A stretch of 64,000 nt of DNA from Cenococcum geophilum (lineage: Eukaryota): contig CP158635.1 of assembly GCA_050273025.1 (NCBI GenBank), forward strand, positions 26,536,001 to 26,600,000, read 5' to 3'. A model generated the notes under the pieces. The model was not told the DNA's origin, did not search any database, and saw only the letters and a program-made list of their open reading frames with translations. This document shows positions 1-9,225 of this stretch, one piece after another. The position numbers were made by a program, and so were the translations under genes. Numbering within the stretch: the stretch's first letter is position 1; the number at the start of each line of letters is the position of its first letter.

Positions 1-751
1 TACTAGCTATTATCTCTAGCTTTTAGCACTAGCGTATATAGCTAGAGGGGACCCCTAAGCCTATTAAGGTAGTTTTAGATTATAAGGCCCTTATAGCCTG
101 GTAGGTATAATAGGCGGATATTTTATCTTAGTTTAACTTCTTAATTATATATAGACTAGACGCTATAAACTAAGCGGACGCTTTTATAAGGCGCGAATAA
201 GACCTAGATAACTATAATAGCGCTATTATACATTACCTACCAAATTCTGCTAATTTATAATTGGCTCGCCTAAAGCTAGCGCCTTGGCGGCTTACCCTAT
301 ATATTTGTTTATATTAGTCCTAGTAACCCCTTTTCCTTCTCCTTAGTTTAGTATCTTTATAATATAGTATTCGTTTAAGCTTCGGTTTAAAGGCATTTAT
401 TTAAGCCGTAATATTATACTCAACTTACCCTACCCTGCCTAGGAAGGCCTTAATAATATCCCACCCTAAAAAAAACTTTATTTGCAACGACGCATTAACA
501 CACTATACTTAGATACTAAAATAACTCTATATTGCCTGGGAACATTAGGATTTTTTTTTATAGCAGGTTGTTACGGTTTGCCGCAAATTGCCACAAACTA
601 TACAATCGCGGCGGTCGTATATGGTCGTTAGCGATTTATACAAACCGCGCATTTTGTAATAAGTTTGTAGCATCTACTAGTAAATCGCAGCAAAATACTT
701 AACTACTAAACTAATGCTAGCATTTTGCTACCTTATAATTATATAGCGCGC

Positions 752-935
752 AAACTATATAAACTATACGAACTATATAAACTGTATAAACTGTATAAAC
801 TATACAAACTGTACAAACTATATAAACTGTACGAACTATACAAACTGTACGAACTATATAAACTGTACGAACTATACAAACTGTACGAACTATACAAATT
901 ATAATAACTATATAAATTGTAACTAAATTATTATA
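752..935. repeat. 9-bp tandem array (AAACTGTAC/GAACTATAC), degenerate at the right end
   Basis: Directly visible 9-bp period with an 18-bp higher-order unit. Confidence 0.9.
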
Positions 936-1106
936 TATTACCACAGATTGCTATAATATACTTTTAAATATATTTATATTATAACTATATAAAATACAAA
1001 GCTATCTACTTAGGAGGGGGAAGCCTTTCGCAAAAGCTCTAAATTGTTAATTAGCGGTGTTCCTAATAATCCACTAGCCGTATACTAATTTCCTAACTAG
1101 GCCTAG

Positions 1107-1354
1107 TGCCTACCTGCTTACCTACCTGCCTGCCTATCTATCTATCTGTCTATCTATTTATCTATTTATATATCTACCTACCTACCTATCTGTCTATCTA
1201 TCTATCTATACCTACCTATACCTACCTGCCTATGCCTACTATCTATGCCTACTATCTATGCCTACCTGTCTGTGCCTACTGTCTGTGTGTGCCTATCGTC
1301 TATGCCTACCGTCTGTGCCTTCTGTCTGTGCTACTATCTATGCCTACCTATCTG
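1107..1354. repeat. Degenerate tetranucleotide microsatellite (CCTA/TCTA/CCTG/TCTG) grading into ~15-bp units
   Basis: Directly visible. Confidence 0.85.
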
Positions 1355-1460
1355 TAATTTGGGGGAAAGGTTGGCCCGATTGAAGGCTCCGCCTAATTCG
1401 ATTAATTGTATTAATTCGAATCGTTCTCTACGGCCGTTCGCTGGCTATACATTCAAACGG

Positions 1461-2451
1461 TGGTTGTCTGGTTCTGGCGACGGTCGTCTGGCTCTGACGA
1501 TGGTCGTCTGGCTCTGGCGACGGTTGACGGTTGTCTGGTTCTGGCGACGGTCGTCTGGCTCTGACGACGGTCGTCTGGCTCTGACGACGGTCGTTTGGCT
1601 CTGGCGACGGTCGACGGTCGACGGTTGTCTGGCTCTGGCGACGGTCGACGGTCGTCTGGTTCTGGCGACGGTCGTCTGGCTCCGGCGACGGTTGTCTGGC
1701 TCTGGCGACAGTCGACGGTCGTCTGGTTCTGGCGACGGTTGTCTGGCTCCGGCGATGGTCGTCTGGCTCTGGCGACGGTCGACGGTTGTCTGGTTCTGGC
1801 GACGGTCGTCTGGCTCTGGCGACGGTCGTCTGGCTCTGACGACGGTCGTCTGGCTCTGGTGATGGTCGACGGTCGACGGTCGTCTGGTTCTGGCGACGGT
1901 TGTCTGGCTCCGGCGACGGTTGTCTGGCTCTGGCGACGGTTGACGGTTGTCTGGTTCTGGCGACGGTCGACGGTCGTCTGGTTCTGGCGACGGTTGTCTG
2001 GCTCCGGCGACGGTCGTCTGGTTCTGGCGACGGTTGTCTGGCTCTGGCGACGGTCGTCTGGTTCTGGCGACGGTCGTCTGGCTCCGGCGACGGTTGTCTG
2101 GCTCTGACGACGGTTGTCTGGCTCTGACGACGGTCGTCTGGCTCTGACGACGGTCGTCTGGCTCTGGCGACGGTTGACGGTTGACGGTCGTCTGGTTCTG
2201 GCGACGGTTGTCTGGCTCTGGCGACGGTCGTCTGGCTCTGGCGACGGTCGACGGTTGTCTGGTTCTGGCGACGGTCGACGGTTGTCTGGTTCTGGCGACG
2301 GTTGTCTGGCTCCGGCGACGGTCGTCTGGCTCTGGCGACGGTCGACGGTTGTCTGGTTCTGGCGACGGTCGACGGTTGTCTGGTTCTGGCGATGGTTGAC
2401 GGTTGTTTGGTTCTGGCGACGGTCGACGGTCGTCTGGTTCTGGCGACGGTC
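1461..2451. repeat. GC-rich minisatellite, 20-bp unit GACGGTCGTCTGGCTCTGGC with interspersed 7-bp GACGGTC sub-repeats
   Basis: Directly visible; explains the overlapping low-complexity ORFs in the ORF track. Confidence 0.95.
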
Positions 2452-2584
2452 CTCAGCTAGCTGCTGTTCTGGTGCCTCCCTAGGTAGGGAGGATGTAAGG
2501 AAGGAAGGGTAAAAAATAAGGTGGCTACCTAGGTGTATATGTAGAGGCTATTAGGAATATAGCGGGGACCCGATAGTAATGTGT

Positions 2585-4018
2585 TATGTAGAGCTTTGTG
2601 CAGAGCCTCCATACATAGAGCTTCGTGCAGAGCCTTATGCAGAGCCTCTGTACATAGAGCTTCGTGTAGAGCTTTGTATAGAGCTTTACGCAGAGCTTCG
2701 TATAGAGCTTTATGTAGAGCTTTATATAGAGCTTTACGTAGAGCTTTATATAGAGCTTTGCGTAGAGCTTTATATAGAGCTTTGCGCAGAGCTTTATGTA
2801 GAGCTTTATATAGAGCTTTACGCAGAGCTTTATATAGAGCTTTGCGTAGAGCTTCGTGTAGAGCTTCGTATAGAGCTTTATATAGAGCTTCATATAGAGC
2901 TTTATGTAGAGCTTTGTGCAGAGCCTCTATACGCAGAGCTTCGTATAGAGCCTTGTGTAGAGCCTCGTGCAAAGCTTTATGTAGAGCTTCGTGCAGAGCT
3001 TTATATAGAGCTTCGTACAGAGTCTCGTATAGAGCTTCGTGCAGAGCCTCGTACAGAGCCTCTATACGTAGAGCTTCGTGTAGAGCCTCGTATAGAGCCT
3101 CGTGCAAAGCTTTGTGTAGAGCTTCGTACAGAGCTTTATATAGAGCTTCGTGCAGAGTCTCATATAGAGCTTTGTGCAGAGCCTCGTACAGAGCCTCTAT
3201 ACGCAGAGCTTCGTGTAGAGCCCCGTATAGAGCCTCGTGTAGAGCCTCGTATAGAGCCTCATGTAGAGCCTCGTGTAGAGCCTCGTGTAGAGCCTCGTAT
3301 AGAGCCTCGTGCAAAGCTTTATGCAGAGCTTCGTGTAGAGCTTCGTATAGAGCTTCGTGCAGAGCCTTATACAGAGCCTCTATACGCAGAGCTTTGTGTA
3401 GAGCCTCGTGTAAAGCTTTGTGCAGAGCTTCGTGTAGAGCTTTGTGTAGAGCTTTGTGTAGAGCCTCTGTACGCAGAGCTTCGTATAGAGCCTCGTGCAA
3501 GGCTTCGTGCAAAGCTTCGTGTAGAGCTTCGTGTAGAGCTTCGTGCAGAGCTTTGTGCAGAGCTTCTGTACGTAGAGCTTCGTATAGAGCCTCGTGCAAA
3601 GCTTCGTGTAGAGCTTCGTGTAGAGCTTCGTGCAGAGCTTCGTGCAGAGCTTCTGTACGCAGAGCTTCGTGTAGAGCCTCGTGCAAAGCTTCGTGTAGAG
3701 CTTCGTGCAGAGCTTCGTGCAGAGCTTCGTGCAGAGCTTCTGTACGCAGAGCTTCGTGCAGAGCTTCTGTACGCAGAGCTTCGTGCAGAGCTTCTGTACG
3801 CAGAGCTTCGTGCAGAGCTTTTGTACGCAGAGCTTCGTGTAGAGCCTCGTGTAGAGCTTCGTATAGAGCTTCGTGTAGAGCTTCGTATAAAGCTTCGTGT
3901 AGAGCTTCGTATAGAGCTTTGTGCAGAGCCTCATGTAGAGCTTCGTGCAGAGCCTCGTGTAGAGCTTCGTGCAGAGCCTCGTGTAGAGCTTCGTGCAGAG
4001 CTTTATGCAGAGCTTTAT
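2585..4018. repeat. Minisatellite, 12-bp unit GCAGAGCTTCGT with 15-bp variants GCAGAGCTTCTGTAC
   Basis: Directly visible over ~1.43 kb; variants are mostly C->T/G->A transitions. Confidence 0.95.
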
Positions 4019-4026
4019 GGTTATAG

Positions 4027-4249
4027 TATTAGGTTTTTTTTTAGGCGCGTTGTTACAGCCAAAAATTAGGGTCTGCAAAACCTGCGTAAGTCGCGATTTT
4101 AGCAATTTGCAGCAATTTGCACGAGTAGCCTATATATTTGTAGCAAATTGCCGTAAGTTACCGCAAATCGCTAAAATCGCGACTTACGCAGGTTTTGCAG
4201 ACCCCAATTTTCGGCTGCAACAACGCGCCTAAAAAAAATTTTCCTGATG
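4027..4249. repeat. Long terminal inverted repeat / hairpin (arms ~85-95 bp)
   Basis: TTTTTTTTAGGCGCGTTGTTACAGCC...CGCGATTTTAGCAATTTGC is the reverse complement, with few transitions, of GCAAATCGCTAAAATCGCG...GGCTGCAACAACGCGCCTAAAAAAAA. Confidence 0.95.
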
Positions 4250-4755
4250 AAGGCCTAGATAATATCCTACCTTATAAGCTAGACAGGACTAAACCTATAT
4301 CCCTAGAATTAAAACTAAAGCGTATAATACTAACAAACCTTAAGAAGCTAATAATGGTACCTAAAGTAAGCTTATTTAAGAGAGCTGCCTTTATTAGAGA
4401 GGAACCTAAGATCTAATTAGGATTAGAAATTAAAGACAATAATAACGTTATTATCGGTATTACCCAAGTGCACTTAATTGGCCTATTAACTGTTGAATTA
4501 ATTCTTATCTAATAGGTATCAAAAGCAGAGGATCATAAGGATCGCAGTGCCTAAGTAGGGGGCTAATTAGTCACCGTAAGGATGACTAATTAGAGACGTG
4601 ACTACGTAACCTCTATCCATACATTCCTGTCCATATATTCCAACACTGGCAGTTCTTTCTTTATGCTTATGGCGTTATAGGAAGGCAGTAAGGCAGCAAG
4701 GTATCGGTTTAGCTAGAGGTGGAAGGCAGCACGAAGTAATAGTGGTACTGCAGGC

Positions 4756-5044
4756 CAGTGGTCTTAAGAATATTTTTATTCATTCATTTTTATGAATATA
4801 TTCATTCATAACAAATGATATACATTGAATATTTTTTTCCCTTATAAATTGAATTTTTTAAAGCTTTTATCACTGGTTTTAGTAATAAATGCATGCATAT
4901 TTTAGCCAAATATTCATTTAATTCATAATTTAAATGCATATAATGAATAGAGCGTACCTAAGCTATATTCATTATATGCATTCAAATCATGAATTGAATG
5001 AATATTTGGCTAGAATATGCATGCATTCATTACTAAGACCACTG
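4756..5044. mobile_element. hAT-type MITE (289 bp)
   Basis: TIR CAGTGGTCTTA...TAAGACCACTG; 8-bp TSD CTGCAGGC (4748-4755) / CTACAGGC (5045-5052, one RIP-type change); internal ~80-bp-arm hairpin at ~4874-5041. Confidence 0.88.
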
Positions 5045-5578
5045 CTACAGGCGGAGTAGCAGTTGTCGATTGTATTACTGCAGGTAGAGTAGTAGAAGTC
5101 AATTGTGGTGCTACAGGAAGGCAGCAAGGTATTGGTTTAGCTGTAGGTGAAAGCAGCAAAAGTCTATTTAGGTGGTAGTACGGTACTAGCGGCGGTAGTA
5201 ATAGTGGTCGAACGTAGGGCTCGTCTATTGGTCGGTCGGTAGATCGCAGGCATACAGGCACAATCATTCGTGTCTGAATAAGGTTCTGTAATATAGTGGA
5301 CACGGTTGCTTGTAACCAATTGGGTTGACCACGTGAGCTAAGCGAGCTCAGGAGATCCATCAAATTCCACCTGTAGAAGTAGAAAGAAGAAGAAGAAGAA
5401 ATCGATTGAAACCAAAACCCCCCCCCACCGTGACCCGAACAATTCGGTCAGTAGATCGCAGGCGTATCGGCGCGATCAGTATTATAATAGCAGGCATAGC
5501 GGCGCTATCAGTTTGTCAATGGTATGTGGCAGTACGGTGCCAGCGTCAGGTGGATTGCAGGCGTAATGGCACAATCGT

Positions 5579-6214
5579 TTAGTTGGTAGACCTCTATCCT
5601 AACGAAGCTTAATCCTTTAGACGACGACATCCCCAAACGTGCTTATGGAGGGTAGTATTCGAGGGGAATATAGACCCGCACTTAGTATACTAAAATAATT
5701 AACAGTCTGGCAAATGTTTAAAGAGCGCTTAACCCAAAGGGAATATAGTAGAGCACTTTTTACAGGTTCGAGGTTGCGGGGGTTTGTACGGGCTTAACTA
5801 CCGTAGCTCCTTAGCTTTAGTTAACGGAGAGGGTGAAGCTGGCGGAGCTTGCGCGGACGGAGCTTGTGCAGGCGGAGCTTGTGCGGACGGAGCTTGTGCG
5901 GACGGAGCTTGTGCAGACGGAGCTTGTGTAGACGGAGCTTGCGCTAATATAACTTGTTATTGCTGTAATTGCTAAACTACGCTTTGTAACTCCTTAATCT
6001 CTTCCTTTTGTTCTTAATATGCCTTCTAGATTCTTTCGTACTGTCGTTAACGTAGGTCTAGAATATCTTATATATCCTAAATCTGTTTTTAATAAGCGGT
6101 TATAGTTAGAAACTCCCATTGGGCTTTATTATTATAGATATTAATATAGTAAGGCCGCCTAGTGGTCGTACAGCTCCCGCTTTTGTATCCTTTAGGAAGT
6201 TAAGGTAGTGCCAT
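5579..6214 (-). pseudogene. RIP-inactivated ORF (~211 codons): WW-like domain + Gln-rich coiled coil + (AQAPS)n + two C2HC zinc fingers
   Basis: Hand translation in one frame, no indels: MALP*LPKGYKSGSCTTTRRPYYINIYNNKAQWEFL ... QKEEIKELQSVV*QLQQ*Q ... AQAPS repeats ... CKKCSTIFPLG*ALFKHLPDC*LF*YTKCGSIFPSNTTLHKHVWGC. All stops are TAA/TAG (ex-CAA/CAG). The true 3' end could be slightly earlier. Confidence 0.8.
5842..5944. repeat. 15-bp coding tandem repeat (GACGGAGCTTGTGCG), about 7 copies
   Basis: Directly visible; encodes AQAPS on the minus strand. Confidence 0.9.
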
Positions 6215-9200
6215 TATTAAGGGTTTGTAGCTGCCGTAGACGCCAGCAGATTTAAGAGGTTAGAGGATAGGGAGCGCGCTAGCGTTGTAGGCGCGCTATT
6301 GACGTGATTTTCGACGTGGCAGATCTACAAGGAAGTAGACAGTGTCGGGGTTATAGGATGGTAGAGGGTGCCGCTGACGCAGCTGGGTTATTAGATGCTG
6401 CCGAAGCTGCTAGGTTATTAGGTGCTTCTAACGCTGCTAAATTATGGGATGCTGCTATAACGCTACTGGGTTACTGTGACGCTAGAGTACTGCACGAGGC
6501 TATTAGATATTGGTTTGTATGCTAAGACGCGTACTAGATATTGGTTTACTGCTAAGTTGTGTTGCTACACTAGGTTACTATATAAAGCTATTAGGTAATT
6601 GGATACTGCGCGAGGCTATTAGGTTGCTATGACGCTAAGTACTATATAAGCTGGTATGCTGCACATAGTACTGCTAAGGTAGCTGCTAAGGTAGCTGCTA
6701 ATGGGGTACTACCCGAGGGCGGTTAGGTATTGGGTGCTGTTAATAAGCTAGGGGTACTAGCGCTTAGTAAAGAGGTCGTACTAGGTATTAATTTGTATGC
6801 TAAGACGCGTACTAGATACTAGTTTGCTGCCGGAGCTGCTAGGTACTAGTTTTGCTGCTAGGTACTAGAATGCTGCTTTTAATTAAAGCTGCTAGGGCGG
6901 CAGTAAACCTTATTACTCTATAGCCAACCGGTAAGGTTAACTATTAATTAATATCGGTATCACCTAAGTGCACTTAATTGGCCTATTAACTGTTAAATTA
7001 ATTCTTATCTAATAGGTATCGAAAGCAGAGGATTATAAGGATCGCAGTGCCTAAGTAGGGGGCTAATTAGTCACCGTAAGGATGACTAATTAGAGACGTG
7101 ACCACGTAACCTCTATCCATACATTCCTGTCTATATATTCCGACAGTTATAGACGTACGCGAGCAGATTCGCGCCCTTATAGCTAGCTAGAAAGCCAATT
7201 ATCTTAAAGTAAGAAATATATAAGAGACCCTATAAAATAGCCTAGCTTCCCCTTCTTAAAGCCCTAGCTAACCTATTTACTCTACTAAATGCGATATACT
7301 AGGGAGTATAGATATAATAACAAAGTAATTAAAGTCTATTAAGCTCCTTAACCCCCTACTACTATCTAATAGGATAGACCCTACCTTTAAGAATTAGAGG
7401 ATTTAAGTATAAGGAAAGCTCTGCGTTAACTATAACTATTTCCTTTTTAAAGAAGCTAAAATGCTTTACCTCTTTAGTTAAACTACTAGGGACGCCTAGC
7501 GGCACCTTTAAGCCAAGTTTAAGGATAAGTCCCCTATTTAATTTATATCTATTAATAAGATAATACGGTACCTAGCGCCTATTTATATTAACCTAAATAA
7601 AGTACGGGACGCCTAGTATAACTATAATTACCTAATAATAAAGCTAAACTAACCCTTTGCTAAATTCTAGACTTAATTTCTATACCTTATAGGAGAAGGC
7701 TAGGTTCCCCTTAAGAACTACCAATTAGACCTATACGATAAGCTAATAATTTAGCTATAAGAGAAGATCGCTATAACCTTAAACGACCTACTAACTTATA
7801 ATAGACTCGCAGCTTATTACCTATTATTGGACTTAGAACTAAAGCAGATTAAAGCCTATTCTAATTAGTAAAAGTAACTCCGTAGCAATTATAACTCGCT
7901 AGCTATACCTATAGAAGCTAAAGTAGGAAGATAAGCTATAACTACTCTTATACTAAAAGCGGTTATAACTATATATTGGCAAGTGACGCCTAACTAGCTA
8001 TATACCACGCTATTAACTAGTATTCGCCGTAATACTCTAATTAACCCTGCCTCGGCTATATACTATAACTATAATAAGGAGGATTACTTTGCCTTATCTT
8101 GCCTAGAGCTAAAGGATATAGATAATATTAAGGAAATAGAGGAAGGAGAAACGTCTAATAAGTTAGGAAAAAAAGAACCCTAGGGAAAGACTTCCCCTTA
8201 GGGTACCATATTAATCTTAAAGAGATTAATCTTAGTTAGTTAATAGGTGGAAAGTATTTTATAGTTCTATATATAGTATCTTAAAATAGATATAAAGTTA
8301 ATATAACTGCCCTTATTAATACTAGAGTAAATAGCTTTGCCTTTATAAATACTGCCTATATAAATAATATTGCTAAGTTTCTAAATATAGAAGCTATCTA
8401 ATTAGAGAAGCCTATTTAGGTAAAAGGCTATAACGGCTAAGCCGGTCAGCCCGTTACCTATATCTTAAAGTTATATATTACTCTTAATAGACGACGCTAA
8501 TATAGTATTTCCTTTTATATTCTAGACCTAGGGTCCTATAATATAATCTTTAAACAAAAATAGATATTCTATTTTAATATTTAGTTAAATATATAATAAA
8601 GATAGTTTATCTAGCTAGAGGATAGACTAAGGTTACCCTCCTTTATTAGGGAGATCTAAACCGACCGTAAAATACTAGCTGTAAGGGCTAACCCTACTTA
8701 TTAGTAGGATATCCTAGCCTATAATCTAGCCTTTACTTAAAAAGACGCCCGCCACGAAGCTAGAAAGAACTCTATACTAATAAAGATACTCTCCTAAAGC
8801 ACTATATTTAAAAAGGACTCTATATATAAAAGCGGGATAGATAGTAATATAAATAACGTCTAAATTGCGCAGATCTAACCGGTATAGAAAAGAACGTATT
8901 AATAGGATATAAGGGATAACCTCTAAAAAATATAATAGGAGTTAAAAGGAGTAATAATAACGCTAGTGCTCTAAAAGTCCATAAAGTTATATTTTTTTTA
9001 TATTTTTTATTTTATATCCATTGTATTATACTACGTATAATACTGCGCATGCAGCCTCTAGGCTATGGCGCTATAGTCCTATATACATGAATCCCTTAGG
9101 GCAGCTTAACATGTACTAGTAACTATGTCCTAGTAGTTTATAAGCCCCTAAACTAGGGGTTTATAGTTCCTTAGTAAAATACTAAGTTACAAGCAACTAC

Positions 9201-9225
9201 TAGGGAATGAGAAAACGGTAGAAAA

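Larger units (their letters stand above)
543..4249. mobile_element. Non-autonomous TIR element composed mostly of satellite arrays (CMC/CACTA-like or Helentron/HINE-like)
   Basis: Ends CATTAGGATTTTTTTTT...AAAAAAAATTTTCCTGATG, flanked by AA on both sides (541-542, 4250-4251). Removing it restores TTGCCTGGGAAGGCCTAGATAATATCCTACC, a sister of CTGCCTAGGAAGGCCTTAATAATATCCCACC at ~435-465. Confidence 0.75.
4452..7145 (-). mobile_element. Non-autonomous LTR mini-element (2.7 kb, no recognisable gag/pol)
   Basis: 194-bp LTRs at 4452-4645 and 6952-7145 (minus-strand start TGTCGGAATATA/TGTTGGAATATA); 5-bp TSD GTTAT (4447-4451, 7146-7150). Strand is inferred from the internal ORF and a purine-rich tract next to 4646. 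Confidence 0.9.

Noticed and set aside
717..2512. Multiple ORFs in the track (75-205 aa)
   Set aside because: They are translations of the 9-bp, 4-bp and 20/7-bp tandem arrays; the 20-bp period shifts frame constantly.
1461..4018. CRISPR-like or telomeric array
   Set aside because: Units are head-to-tail with no unique spacers, there are no cas genes, the context is eukaryotic, and there are no TTAGGG tracts.
2525..4105. 385-496 aa repeat ORFs as real genes
   Set aside because: Open in several frames on both strands simply because the 12-mer lacks stops in those frames; no non-repetitive domain or credible start.
5010..6525. Track ORFs 5010-5363, 5784-5975 and 6304-6525
   Set aside because: The first runs into the MITE, the second is antisense to the AQAPS repeat of the real minus-strand pseudogene, and the third is low-complexity with no motif.
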